Below, in pieces: positions 1 to 9,979 of a stretch of 64,000 nt of DNA. The notes beneath the pieces were generated by a model. It saw only the letters and a program-made list of their open reading frames with translations. It had not been told where the DNA came from and searched no databases. The translations under genes were made by a program, and so were the position numbers. Source of the stretch: a virus; IMG/VR virus record IMGVR_UViG_3300010396_000042, positions 33,299 through 97,298 of that record. One strand, given 5' to 3'. Within the stretch, counting starts at the first letter, position 1; every line of letters starts with the position of its first letter.

Positions 1-216
1 AGTAACACCAAGCGTAGGGTCCGAGCGCTCAAGAGCGCATCCACCCGAGCCGCCAGGGAACGCCGCGCAGCCGGCGCCCGTCTCGCGAAGGCCGCGTCCG
101 CGCAGGCCACGCCCGCGTCAGCGGCGACGGAGGCATCGGCGCGCGCCGGGGCTCGTTTCATCGTCATCGAACGCACCGGCAGCGACCGGCGCGAGGCCGA
201 GCCCGGATGCCCGTTC

Positions 217-1233
217 ATGGTGGTGGAGGCCGCGACCACGCAGGTCCCGGAGAACTTCTTCGGCCGCGACTGGATCGGCTACCACTCCACACGGGAGCTC
301 GCCGACATCGAGGCCAACGAACTCAACGCCCTGGCCGGGCACTTCCTCGTCACGACGCAGCCGGTCATCGGCCCGAGCGCGGCACCGGTCATGGCGGACC
401 TTAAGTCCGTGCTCGGCTCGAAGGCGACGGCGTGGGCAGCCGAACTGCTCGCGCCGACACAGGAGATGCCCGCCATCCCGGCCGAGGACGACGAGCCGTC
501 GAGGCTTCCCGGCGCCGAGAACCTGCGCGCGGTGGTCGACGAGATCGCCCACCGTCCCCAGGCGCCTGCTGGGCAGTCGACCGGCGAGCGGTACGCGCAC
601 ATCCTGCGCGCCGCCGGCTGGGAACCGCCGGCGTCCGGGGCCAAGCTCGACGGCCCCTCGGCGCGGGTCCTCGAGGAAAGCTTCCGGAAGGACATCGAGA
701 GCGCCGACGGGCCGGCCGATGCTCCACGCGGGCCCGTCGACGGCGGAGGGCGCCAGGAGCATCGCGACATCGCGCAGCGCACCCTGCAGCTGCCGCGGAT
801 CACCGACACCGTGCACACGAGCCGCCCCGGTCGCGACAGCCACGCGTCCCCGATCATCCCCGGGCTGCGCCGCGCGCTGATCTACGAGATCCTCGCCGGT
901 CAGCAGGTGCTGTGTACCGACGGCTCGTGGCGCACCACCGCGGGCGGCTCGCTGCGCGACGGCGCCGGGATCCTGGTCATGGCAGATCTGACGGAGCACG
1001 CGGTCGACGCGGACGTCCGGTTCTGGGTGCGCGCGCAGCCGACCGCGTCGGCCGCCGCCGGATTGCATCACCGCCCCGCGTGCCCGAACGGCTGCTTCCG
1101 CACCCAGGCCGACTACCGGCTGTGCACCTGCAACTGGGGCTGCGGCTGCTCCCCCCACCCGGCGCCCCGCGCCACCACGGCGCACACCGCCACGGACACG
1201 CGTGAGCTGCACCTGACCGGGGCGGTGGCGTGA
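217..1233 (+). CDS. Hypothetical phage protein (true start may lie upstream)
   Basis: GC3-biased ORF, Cys-rich C-terminus, stop overlaps the next gene. Confidence 0.6.
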   Translation: MVVEAATTQVPENFFGRDWIGYHSTRELADIEANELNALAGHFLVTTQPVIGPSAAPVMADLKSVLGSKATAWAAELLAPTQEMPAIPAEDDEPSRLPGAENLRAVVDEIAHRPQAPAGQSTGERYAHILRAAGWEPPASGAKLDGPSARVLEESFRKDIESADGPADAPRGPVDGGGRQEHRDIAQRTLQLPRITDTVHTSRPGRDSHASPIIPGLRRALIYEILAGQQVLCTDGSWRTTAGGSLRDGAGILVMADLTEHAVDADVRFWVRAQPTASAAAGLHHRPACPNGCFRTQADYRLCTCNWGCGCSPHPAPRATTAHTATDTRELHLTGAVA

Positions 1234-1447
1234 TGGCCGGCGACACCGCGACCTTCGAGGCCGTGGCTGACGCGCTCGTCGCGGTCGGCGCCGGCGACCG
1301 CGCCAAGATCCACATCCTTGCGGCGGCGATGAACGTCGTCGGCGTGCCCGCCCTCTCGCTCCAGCGCTACCAGCAGGACGAGGCGATCGTCGAACTGTTC
1401 GCGTCCCGGGGCGTGTGCTTCGCCGAGCCCCGCGAAGGCGGTGCCCA

Positions 1448-1837
1448 GTGATCGACGACACCCGCAACAGCGTGCACGGACCGTACGAGACCAGCGCGCA
1501 GGCCGACGCCGACGCCGCGCACGTCTACCAGTCCGTCCGCCGGCACCGGTACGCGCCCGCCGACACGATCCCGCTCTCCGGCCTGCACTCGATCCCGGCG
1601 ATCCCGGTCGCGGACCGCATCAACGAGGGTCTTCTGCTCGCCGCCCTGACCGCGGCCGGTGTCGAGCTGGGCGAGCACGACCGGCGCACGATCGGCTGGC
1701 TCGCAGCCTGGGAGCCCTCCATCGTCCAGGTCGTCATCGGATGGGTCGAACGCGCCCACCACGGCGGCCAGGACGACGAGATCGACGCGACGGGCGCCAC
1801 CGAGGGCAGCAACGACGCCGAAAGGACGGTGGCGTGA
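1448..1837 (+). CDS. Hypothetical phage protein
   Basis: GTG start overlapping the upstream stop; segment LTAAGVELGEHDRRTIGWLAAWE resembles an actinophage family. Confidence 0.65.
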   Translation: MIDDTRNSVHGPYETSAQADADAAHVYQSVRRHRYAPADTIPLSGLHSIPAIPVADRINEGLLLAALTAAGVELGEHDRRTIGWLAAWEPSIVQVVIGWVERAHHGGQDDEIDATGATEGSNDAERTVA

Positions 1838-2229
1838 TGCCCGCCCCGCGCAAAAGCGCCGGGATCGACGTGGACGCGTGGATCCGGCAGTCCCAAGTCC
1901 TCGACGACCTTGCGGCGTTCGTGCGCGAACACGGGCCGCGCAGCAAGAACCCGTTGCCGGTGCTGCCGTGGAAGATCGCTACTTACCGCGAGATCTTCGC
2001 CGAGCTGCCCAGCTTCGAGCCGGATGCGCAGCGCATGGCGACGCTCGACGCCTACGCCGCTGCCCTCGGCACTGTGGTGACCTCCCGCGTCGCATCGGAT
2101 CGCACGGTGTACACGGTGCGCGGCCGCATCGGCCGACTCGAGGGCACCGACAAGCAGCCGCGCATCGGCGTGATCATCCAGGCGACCGTGTGGCGTGAGC
2201 TGGACGACGAGCCGGACGGGGGCGCGTGA
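1837..2229 (+). CDS. Hypothetical phage protein
   Basis: TGATG coupling, codon bias. Confidence 0.6.
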   Translation: MPAPRKSAGIDVDAWIRQSQVLDDLAAFVREHGPRSKNPLPVLPWKIATYREIFAELPSFEPDAQRMATLDAYAAALGTVVTSRVASDRTVYTVRGRIGRLEGTDKQPRIGVIIQATVWRELDDEPDGGA

Positions 2230-2567
2230 TGCAACTCCAGTTCGGCCCAATCAAGATCGACACAAAGGGCCTGCCGGCGATCTACTGGCTGCACGTTTTT
2301 GAGCAGGTCGACCAGGACGCGCCGCTGCACGTGGACATCATGCTTGCCGGCAACAAGCGCGCGGCCGTCGAGAAGTGGGCCAAGCGGCTCGGCGGACAGG
2401 TCACCGAGAGGGATGTGCCGGATTCCACCGGCTTCGATGTCCACACACGCGAGATCGAAGCGGTGGTCGAACGCGATGGCTACCGCATCGCCGTGTGGAC
2501 ACGGTTCACCCCCGCCCCGGCGCCGAAGACCGACGCTACGCCCGAGGCACCCGGTGGTGCGTCATGA
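2229..2567 (+). CDS. Hypothetical protein, tandem paralog A
   Basis: GPIKIDTKGLP..EKWAKRLG shared with the next ORF. Confidence 0.7.
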   Translation: MQLQFGPIKIDTKGLPAIYWLHVFEQVDQDAPLHVDIMLAGNKRAAVEKWAKRLGGQVTERDVPDSTGFDVHTREIEAVVERDGYRIAVWTRFTPAPAPKTDATPEAPGGAS

Positions 2568-2851
2568 AGATCACAATCGGCCCGATCACGGTCGACGCCA
2601 AGGGCCTGCCGCGCATCGACCAGATCGCCGTCTACCCGACAAGCCAAGAGGTGATCGCGTACCTGGCCAGCACCAAGCTTCGCGACATCGAGCGATGGGC
2701 TAAGCGCCTCGGTGTGCAGATCAAGGACAGCGACCCGGTCAGCGAACACTGGCGGCACGTCACCGCGACCGTCAACAAGGGCGGGTACCTGCTGCAGGTC
2801 GATGCCCTCGTGTACACGGATAACCCGCAGCCCTTCGGGGGCGCGTCATGA
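2564..2851 (+). CDS. Hypothetical protein, tandem paralog B
   Basis: ATGA overlap; GPITVDAKGLP..ERWAKRLG. Confidence 0.7.
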   Translation: MKITIGPITVDAKGLPRIDQIAVYPTSQEVIAYLASTKLRDIERWAKRLGVQIKDSDPVSEHWRHVTATVNKGGYLLQVDALVYTDNPQPFGGAS

Positions 2852-3363
2852 CGGTTTCGATTCCGGACGCGCTGCGCGCGATCGCGTGGCTGCTGGTCCC
2901 CAGCCACTTGTACGCGATCTACAGCGAGCAAGTCCTCGTGCACGGACTCGCCCTGTTCGCTCTGGCGGTGCTGGCGCGACGGGTGCTGCGACGTTACCGG
3001 CGCGCTCTGGCCGCACTGCTGCTGAGCACGGCGCTGCTGTCCGCCGCGCCGCCTGTCTGGCGCGCCGCGGCCACCCGCTCCCGGTACACCCATCCCCGGC
3101 TCGTGCACGCAGCGCACGCTCCGCGCCGCCCAGTGCGCAAGAGCGCCGCCACAACCGCCTCCGCCGCAGCGAAGAACACCGAGACGGCCGTCGCCGCGAT
3201 TGCGGAGCGGGCGAGCGCCGCGAGCGAGCGGATGCCGGCCCGCCCGGTACCACGGCAGGCCGCACGCCGCCTAAACGAGGCGCAGCTGCTCGCGATCGCC
3301 AACGACACCGTCATCGGACCGCTGATCGAGGCCTGCCGGCAGGCCGCGGGAGGCGCACGGTGA
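2848..3363 (+). CDS. Putative membrane protein
   Basis: Hydrophobic N-terminal segments; ATGA overlap. Confidence 0.55.
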   Translation: MTVSIPDALRAIAWLLVPSHLYAIYSEQVLVHGLALFALAVLARRVLRRYRRALAALLLSTALLSAAPPVWRAAATRSRYTHPRLVHAAHAPRRPVRKSAATTASAAAKNTETAVAAIAERASAASERMPARPVPRQAARRLNEAQLLAIANDTVIGPLIEACRQAAGGAR

Positions 3364-3602
3364 CCAGCTTCTTCTCCCCCGATGTGGTCCTCGCCGTCAT
3401 CGCGATCGCCAGCTTCGCGATCGCCCTGTGCGCGACCGCCGTGATGCTCGCCATCCGCGCGTCGCGCCGTCGCGCCGCCCGACACGCGCTGGCCGCGATC
3501 CGCGTCCCGGCCGCCGAGACAGTACTGAACGGCGAACCGTACCGCGCACTCAAGGACGGTCTCACCACTGCGGCGACGACAGCGAAGGCGGCCCGCCGAT
3601 GA
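3360..3602 (+). CDS. Small single-TM membrane protein
   Basis: GTGA overlap; VVLAVIAIASFAIALCATAVMLAI followed by Arg run. Confidence 0.55.
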   Translation: MTSFFSPDVVLAVIAIASFAIALCATAVMLAIRASRRRAARHALAAIRVPAAETVLNGEPYRALKDGLTTAATTAKAARR

Positions 3603-4213
3603 CTGTGCGCACCGCCGGCGCCGAAGAGCTCTGCGCGCACTGCGCCCTGGTGCCCGCGGACTTCGCCGACGACCTCGGACATGACCACCTCGGCCACTAT
3701 GCCGTCGGCGTGCTGCGAAGGGGCGGCATCGACACCCGGGCGCGCCTCGCGCAGGCCACGGACGCCGAGCTGATGCTCGTGCGCAACCTCGGCCCGCAGG
3801 CACGTGCCCGCGTCCGCCAGGCCTTCCCCGCACCGCAGCCGACCCAGCGCCCCGCCGGCTACAGTCCCCGGGCGTTGCTCGACCGGCTGCCCGCGAGCGT
3901 CGACGTCCCGCACTGGATGCTCACCGACAGCGCAGCCGCGGCGTCCCTGTGGATCCTGACCGCGATCTCCCGCACCGACAAGCGGATCTGGCAGCACCTC
4001 ACCCACCGCATGATCAAATACGCGGACATCGTCCGAGAAGGCGGCTGGTCGCCGTCGGAGCTCGCCCTGCTGCACGCGGCCCGCTGCCTCGCCGGCCAGG
4101 CTCAGATCGGTCCGAACCTCGACGAGCTGGCCGCGTCGCTGGACGAGACACGGTGGGACGCGCTACTCGAGGCGCTGCGCATCCGCCGCACCGGACTGCG
4201 AGGCAGCAGCTGA
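3599..4213 (+). CDS. Protein with RNA polymerase alpha C-terminal-domain-like (HhH) module
   Basis: AVGVLRRGGIDTRARLAQATDAELMLVRNLGPQARARV follows the alphaCTD pattern L-x-R-x-GI-x-T...L...RN-x-G. Confidence 0.65.
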   Translation: MTVRTAGAEELCAHCALVPADFADDLGHDHLGHYAVGVLRRGGIDTRARLAQATDAELMLVRNLGPQARARVRQAFPAPQPTQRPAGYSPRALLDRLPASVDVPHWMLTDSAAAASLWILTAISRTDKRIWQHLTHRMIKYADIVREGGWSPSELALLHAARCLAGQAQIGPNLDELAASLDETRWDALLEALRIRRTGLRGSS

Positions 4214-4617
4214 TGCATCCCGCCGCGCACATCGTCCTGTCCGGCATCGAGGCCTGCCGCCGCTGCCTGCGCCAGCACCCCGGTCAGCCGGTCAAAGCCG
4301 TCGCCCGGCGCTTCGACTACGCCGAGAGCGCGGCTGCCGCCCGCCCGGCCGGCCCGGCGGATCCGGGCGCGCGCCGCTGGGTCGAACTGCGCCCGCACAG
4401 CGCCGGCGTCGCCATCCAGATCGTCACCGAGACCCGACGCACCCTCGCCGAATCCGTGCTCTACCCGGCCACGCCCGACGCGTCCGGCACCGACCGGCTG
4501 TGGCTCGGCATCGACCCCGCCGCGATCACCGCGCCGCCATTCCTGACCACGCTCGCCGCCGCGGCCGACCGCGCGCTCGAGCGACTCGATTCGTTCCCGG
4601 AGCTCCTCCATGGCTGA
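4213..4617 (+). CDS. Hypothetical phage protein
   Basis: TGATG coupling, codon bias. Confidence 0.5.
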   Translation: MHPAAHIVLSGIEACRRCLRQHPGQPVKAVARRFDYAESAAAARPAGPADPGARRWVELRPHSAGVAIQIVTETRRTLAESVLYPATPDASGTDRLWLGIDPAAITAPPFLTTLAAAADRALERLDSFPELLHG

Positions 4618-4999
4618 CACCACAACCGTACCCGCGGCCGCCGTGACGACGACCGCTGTGCCGATGGCCGCGCCGTCCGCGTCGATCCCGGGCCAGCGCC
4701 GCACCATTGCGCTCGACGTCCACACGCCCGCGGGGCTCGAGGTGTGGCAGTTCCCGCTCGCCCGCCACGTCCAAGCCGTGGTCGACACCGGCGTGCACCC
4801 CGCCACCCGGCAGGCGATACACCCCGACGCGGCCGCCACCTGCTTCAGCTGCCAGCACGCCGTCCAGCGGGCCGTCGCCGGAGGCGGAGCGCGCACCCGT
4901 TGCGCGGTGTCGGTCTCCCGCCGCAAGGGACCCGACCTGCTCCCGATCTTCCCCGCCTGCACCCAATACACCCAGCGCCTCGAAGGGCCGACACCGTGA
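4610..4999 (+). CDS. Hypothetical Cys-containing phage protein
   Basis: HPAT..CFSC..C..PAC pattern; overlaps neighbours. Confidence 0.6.
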   Translation: MADTTTVPAAAVTTTAVPMAAPSASIPGQRRTIALDVHTPAGLEVWQFPLARHVQAVVDTGVHPATRQAIHPDAAATCFSCQHAVQRAVAGGGARTRCAVSVSRRKGPDLLPIFPACTQYTQRLEGPTP

Positions 5000-5610
5000 T
5001 CCCTGCTTCCATTCAAGCCCTGCGGCGCGCACGAGGCCTGCACGGCGTCCTCGTCGAGATCCTTGGCCAGCAGATCGTCGACGGCACCGTCGACCCCGGC
5101 AAGCCCCTCGTGCCCGAGGCGGTGGGCGAGAAGTACGAGGTCTCGCGCACGGTCGTTCGCGAAACCCTGCGGGTTCTGGAAACCAAGGGCCTGATCGCCG
5201 CGCGGCCGAACACCGGCACGAGGGTCCGGCCGATCGAGGAGTGGAACCTGCTCGACGCCGACGTGCTGCGCTGGCGCGCCAGCAGCGAAGCGAACGGCGA
5301 TGACGTGCTCGGCGAGCAGGTGCGGGTGTTCACCGGGATGATGCTCGCGCTGCGCCCTGCCCTCGAGGACAACCTGCTTTACCGGCAGCTGCTCGCGGTA
5401 CTCGGCGTCACGCCCGAACCCGCGGCCGACGGCGCGATCGAAGACGCCGCCACGGCCGCGGCGGACGCGGGCGCCGAAGCGGCCGAGGAGCTCGACGGGG
5501 AGGGCATCGAGGAACTAGGTGCGGGCGCGGGCGCCGCCTTCGTCGCAACCGTCCTCGAGGCCGCCTCCCCCACGCCTGCGCTTTCGCAGCACGCTGAGGC
5601 CGCGGCATGA
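4996..5610 (+). CDS. GntR/FadR-family winged-HTH protein, WhiH-like DNA-binding domain, lacking a recognisable FCD domain
   Basis: RGLHGVLVEILGQQIV..LVPE..YEVSRTVVRETLRVLETKGLI.ARPNTGTRVRP..WNLLD; acidic Ala-rich tail. Confidence 0.85.
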   Translation: MIPASIQALRRARGLHGVLVEILGQQIVDGTVDPGKPLVPEAVGEKYEVSRTVVRETLRVLETKGLIAARPNTGTRVRPIEEWNLLDADVLRWRASSEANGDDVLGEQVRVFTGMMLALRPALEDNLLYRQLLAVLGVTPEPAADGAIEDAATAAADAGAEAAEELDGEGIEELGAGAGAAFVATVLEAASPTPALSQHAEAAA

Positions 5611-6023
5611 GACCGGACCTGCCCCCGATCGACAACGAGACCTGGCGGCTCGTCGTCGAGGACACCCAGACCGAGTTCGCCCGCGCCGCCGTGCTGCTGG
5701 GCGAGCACGACCGGCGCGACGGAACCGGCAGGCACGACTACGGCACCCAGGCCGAGCAAGCAGCGTTCTCCGCGCGGCGCGCCCGAGGCAAGAACAAGCT
5801 CACCTGGCGCCATCTGGCCGCCGAGCTGTACTGGGCCACGATCGCGGAAAGCGATGAGCGGGTTCTGCGCGAGCGGCTCCTGCGCCTGGCCGCGCTCGCC
5901 CTGCTCTGGGCTAGCGCCATCGACCGCCGCTCACAGCAAAAGGCCTCCGCGCCATCCAAGACCTCCGGCGCGCCTTCCCCCGCGCCGGAGAACCCTGACA
6001 CCAGTAGACGGGCTGAATCATGA
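5607..6023 (+). CDS. Degenerate MazG-like helical phage protein
   Basis: TWRHL..E....AESD...LRERL..LAALA..W..AIDRR pattern. Confidence 0.45.
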   Translation: MRPDLPPIDNETWRLVVEDTQTEFARAAVLLGEHDRRDGTGRHDYGTQAEQAAFSARRARGKNKLTWRHLAAELYWATIAESDERVLRERLLRLAALALLWASAIDRRSQQKASAPSKTSGAPSPAPENPDTSRRAES

Positions 6024-7342
6024 GCCTGACAACGACGGCATATCGTGAGTTCCTCGCCCGCAAAGCCGCCGGCTTGCCACAGCATGGAGATCCGGTCGAT
6101 CCCGCTGAAGTGCATCCGATGCTGCACCCCTGGCAGCGGCAAATCGTAGCCTGGGCTGTCCGCACCGGCCGTGCAGCGCTGTGGGCTGACACCGGCCTCG
6201 GTAAGTCATTCATGCAGCTGGAGTGGGCACGTCTCTCCACCCCGGCCGCAGGCCGGGCTCTGATCGTCGCACCTCTGGCCGTGTGCCAGCAGACCGCACG
6301 CGAAGCCAGCCGCATCGGTATCGACGCGCGCTATGTTCGCGGCGACGGCCAGGCCGACGGCCCCGGCGTGTGGATCACCAATTACGAGATGATCGAGCAC
6401 TTCGACGCCGCTCGGCTCGACGCGGTAACGCTCGACGAGTCTTCGATCCTCAAGGACGTCACGAGCAAGACCCGCGACTTGCTGATCGCGCACTTCGCGC
6501 CGGTGCGTCGCCGACTGGCGTGCTCCGCGACGCCGGCGCCGAACGACGTGGCGGAGCTGGCCAACCACGCCGAATTCCTCGGCGTCGCCAGCCGCCGGGA
6601 AATGCTCTCCACCTACTTCGTGCACGACCAGGACGGCTGGCGGCCCAAAGGCCACGCCCGCGGGCCGATGTTCCGCTGGATGTCGGGATGGGCGGTCGCG
6701 CTGCGGCGCCCCTCGGACATCGGCTACAGCGACGACGGCTACGTGCTACCCGAGCTGCGAATCGTCCCGCACCTGCTGCCGGTGGACCTCGAGGTTGACG
6801 GCCAGCTGTTCGCCACGAGCCTCGGCGGTGTCGGCGGCCGCGCCAAGGTGCGCCGCGACACTCTCCAAGCGCGCTGCCGCCGCGCGGCCGACCTGGTCGC
6901 CGCAGAGTCGGACCAGCCATGGCTGCTGTGGTGCGGACTGAACGACGAAGCCGATGCCCTCGCCCGGATGATCCCCGGCGCGGTCAACGTGCACGGATCC
7001 ATGACGCCGGAGCAGAAGGCCGAACTGCTGCTCGGCTTCGCCGACGGCGACATCCGCTACCTGATCACGAAGCCGGGGATCGCCGCGTTCGGCCTGAACT
7101 GGCAGCACTGCGCCCGCATGGCTTTCGTTGGCCTCTCCGACTCGTACGAGCAGTACTACCAGGCGATCCGCCGCTGCTACCGCTACGGCCAGGCCCGGCC
7201 CGTGCACGTGCACATCATCCTGTCCGACCTGGAAGGACAGATCGCCGCCAACGTCTCGCGCAAGGAACGCGACGCCGCCCGATTCACCGGCGAACTCGTC
7301 GCCCAGATGCGCGCCACCACCACCTGGAGCCGTGCCGCATGA
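6020..7342 (+). CDS. SNF2/SF2 helicase-like ATPase
   Basis: Walker A DTGLGKS, motif II DESS, motif III SATP, motif VI QAIRRCYRYGQ. Confidence 0.9.
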   Translation: MSLTTTAYREFLARKAAGLPQHGDPVDPAEVHPMLHPWQRQIVAWAVRTGRAALWADTGLGKSFMQLEWARLSTPAAGRALIVAPLAVCQQTAREASRIGIDARYVRGDGQADGPGVWITNYEMIEHFDAARLDAVTLDESSILKDVTSKTRDLLIAHFAPVRRRLACSATPAPNDVAELANHAEFLGVASRREMLSTYFVHDQDGWRPKGHARGPMFRWMSGWAVALRRPSDIGYSDDGYVLPELRIVPHLLPVDLEVDGQLFATSLGGVGGRAKVRRDTLQARCRRAADLVAAESDQPWLLWCGLNDEADALARMIPGAVNVHGSMTPEQKAELLLGFADGDIRYLITKPGIAAFGLNWQHCARMAFVGLSDSYEQYYQAIRRCYRYGQARPVHVHIILSDLEGQIAANVSRKERDAARFTGELVAQMRATTTWSRAA

Positions 7343-8337
7343 CCACCGACACCGTGAACGACCCCTACCTGACCGACGACGCCCGCGGCGAGAACTGGCA
7401 TCTGATGCTCGGCGACTCCTGTGAACGGCTCGCTGAAGTCGCCGACAACTCCGTCGACATGTCGATCTGCTCCCCGCCGTTCGCGCAGCTCTACAACTAC
7501 TCGCCTTCGCCGCGCGACCTGTCCAACTCCCGCGACCGCGCCGAGTTCTTCGAGCACTACCGGTTCATCATCCGCGAGCAGCTGCGCGTCACCAAGCCCG
7601 GCCGGCTCGCGTGCGTGCACGTCCAGCAGATCACCCTGCAGAAGGTGCTGCACGGCTACGTCGGGCTGACCGACTTCCGCGGCCAGGTGATCCGCGCGTT
7701 CGAAGACGAGGGATGGATCTTCCACGGCGAAGTCACCATCGACAAGGACCCGCAGGCGCAGGCGATCCGCACTAAGGCGCAGTCGCTGCTGTTCGTCACC
7801 AAGGACCGCGACTCCTCCATGCTGCGCCCCGCGCTCGCGGACTACGTGCTGTTCTTCCGTGTCCCCGGTGAAAACGCCGTCCCCGTCAAGACCGACGTCA
7901 CGCACGAGGAGTGGATCGAGTGGGCCAGGCCGATCTGGCCCGGCGTGTCCGACCTCGACGCGATGGACGCCATGGAGAACCTGGGGCTCGCACTGCCCCG
8001 GTCCGCCTGGTACGGCATCCGCGAAACCAACACCCTCAACACACGCGTGGCAAGGGAAGACGCCGACGAGCGGCACATCTGCCCATTGCAGCTAGACCTG
8101 GTTGAGCGCCTGGTGCGGCTGTGGTCCAACCCGGGCGAGACGGTCCTGACACCGTTCGCCGGCATCGGCACCGAGGTGTACGTCGCGGTCAAATGCGGGC
8201 GCCGCGGCGTCGGTGTCGAACTTAAGGCCTCTTACTGGCGCAGCGCCGTGGACAACCTGCGGGCTCTCACCGCCGAAATGGCAGTGCCCACGCTAATGGA
8301 TGCACTGTCGGACACTGAAGAGGCCTGCCTCTCATGA
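7339..8337 (+). CDS. DNA amino-methyltransferase (N4-C/N6-A, beta class)
   Basis: Catalytic SPPF precedes SAM-binding TPFAGIGT; HICPLQ motif; ATGA overlap with the helicase. Confidence 0.9.
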   Translation: MTTDTVNDPYLTDDARGENWHLMLGDSCERLAEVADNSVDMSICSPPFAQLYNYSPSPRDLSNSRDRAEFFEHYRFIIREQLRVTKPGRLACVHVQQITLQKVLHGYVGLTDFRGQVIRAFEDEGWIFHGEVTIDKDPQAQAIRTKAQSLLFVTKDRDSSMLRPALADYVLFFRVPGENAVPVKTDVTHEEWIEWARPIWPGVSDLDAMDAMENLGLALPRSAWYGIRETNTLNTRVAREDADERHICPLQLDLVERLVRLWSNPGETVLTPFAGIGTEVYVAVKCGRRGVGVELKASYWRSAVDNLRALTAEMAVPTLMDALSDTEEACLS

Positions 8338-9020
8338 CCGGCCAGCAGACCCCCTTCGAGAGCGTCACCGCCTTCGTCGACGCATGGCGTACCGGCAACG
8401 TTTTCACAATCGAATCAGTACACGACGAACCTGACGCCGTCGCCCTCGTCACCTTCACGTCCGACGGCAAGCTGCTCCTGCGCCGGAGCCACGTGCGCCG
8501 AGTCCTCGACCAGATCGCCTTCCTCGACGGCCGTATTGACTCGCTTACCCGCGAACGCGACGAGGTGGCCGAGAAGCTGGCCGTGGCCATGCGCACCGTG
8601 GCCGCGATCGCCGGCGGCCCAGGCGACCAGAACTCTTCCGCGCCGCACCAGGTCACCGTCACGCAACTGGGCGGCGACTTCGACCTGAGCGACAAGCGGG
8701 AGCACGAGAAGCTCGTCGCAGACGGTGCCACGGGCGGCTGGGTCTCCCACCTCGTCCAGCACCCGCCGGCCTGCCACCAGCTGCGCTACGGCCAGCTGTG
8801 CCCGTTCGACGACGAGTGGGAGAACGGCCAATACACCTACGACGACCTCTCCCCAGGCCTCTACGACGTACTCCCCGGCCACCACGACGTCGGTGACCAC
8901 AACGGCGAGTACTCCCATACCGAGGACTACCTCGTCTACACGCCCATCGGCGACGCACCGCAGCGCCCAGCCCCCGCGGCCGCCATCTGGCCCGGCTACA
9001 GCGAGGAGCCCCCGTTTTGA
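8334..9020 (+). CDS. Hypothetical protein
   Basis: ATGA overlap; ends in acidic EEPPF (SSB-like tail). Confidence 0.6.
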   Translation: MTGQQTPFESVTAFVDAWRTGNVFTIESVHDEPDAVALVTFTSDGKLLLRRSHVRRVLDQIAFLDGRIDSLTRERDEVAEKLAVAMRTVAAIAGGPGDQNSSAPHQVTVTQLGGDFDLSDKREHEKLVADGATGGWVSHLVQHPPACHQLRYGQLCPFDDEWENGQYTYDDLSPGLYDVLPGHHDVGDHNGEYSHTEDYLVYTPIGDAPQRPAPAAAIWPGYSEEPPF

Positions 9021-9979
9021 GCCGCGTCGCCCCCAATCCGTACAGCCCCTTCGCGGACGCCGACCCGCAGCTGCGGCACCTGTTCCCCGTCCCGGCGTTC
9101 ATCTCCGTGCCGCCCGTGCCCGGGAGTCTCGCGCTGACCGGTTGCAGTCGGCTTGCCATGGTCCCGTGGGACGTCACTGAGGCGCCCGCGCGCGAGGAGC
9201 TGCCCGAGGGCACGTGCCCGTTGTGCGCGCGGCCGATGCGGGAGGGCAACCCGCAGCCGGATCAGCGGCCGGTCGCCGCGTGCCACCGCTGCCTGGCCCC
9301 AACCCGGCACGACGGGCTGTGCGCGCTGTGCCGCGTGACCATGCACGAGCACTGGCAGGTCGAGCAAGCCGCAGACGCGGCGAACCAAGGCACGCTCGAC
9401 TACCGCGCGATCCGCCGCGAGCAGCACCCCGGATCCGTGCTGATCGAGAACGCGGCCGCGCTCCTCGACGATCACGGCGAGGGCAGCCGCAGTGCTCTCG
9501 CCGCCGCGGACATGGCCATGCCTCCCGCGCAATGGTGCCGCGCCTACGGTGTCACCATTCTCGACCCCGACGGGTGGCGTCACGGCAACTTCCATCCCTG
9601 GGACGCCCCGGTCACGCTCGCCGAGTTCTCCCGCCGCGCAGCGATGAGCACCACCGACTGCGCTAACCCCGCATGGGAGGGCATCAGCCGGGACCTGAAG
9701 GCGCAGAGCGCGGCCACTCAGCCCCTGCCCGGCCACTCCGGCAAGCTCGCCCAACGCCCCGACTGGTTGGACAAGCCCGAGCGCGCGCTGACCGCCGAGG
9801 AGATCGGCACCTACCGCCTTGACCACTGCGGGACCTGCCGCGACGCCGAGTTCTACGGCTGGAGCGGAACCACCGCCAGCCAGGCACACGCGGAACACCA
9901 GGAGACCAACGACGTCGGGCCGCTAAGAGGCACGCCCTGCCGCTGCCCGAAGTGCACGGACGGTGGCGGCCGCCGATGA
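9017..9979 (+). CDS. Multi-CxxC hypothetical phage protein
   Basis: Several CxxC pairs; ILDPDGW..W..PVT..EF motif. Confidence 0.6.
   Translation: MSRVAPNPYSPFADADPQLRHLFPVPAFISVPPVPGSLALTGCSRLAMVPWDVTEAPAREELPEGTCPLCARPMREGNPQPDQRPVAACHRCLAPTRHDGLCALCRVTMHEHWQVEQAADAANQGTLDYRAIRREQHPGSVLIENAAALLDDHGEGSRSALAAADMAMPPAQWCRAYGVTILDPDGWRHGNFHPWDAPVTLAEFSRRAAMSTTDCANPAWEGISRDLKAQSAATQPLPGHSGKLAQRPDWLDKPERALTAEEIGTYRLDHCGTCRDAEFYGWSGTTASQAHAEHQETNDVGPLRGTPCRCPKCTDGGGRR

Noticed and set aside
6020-8337. Complete restriction-modification or defence system
   Set aside because: The helicase-methyltransferase pair is a common phage early module and no cognate restriction nuclease was identified
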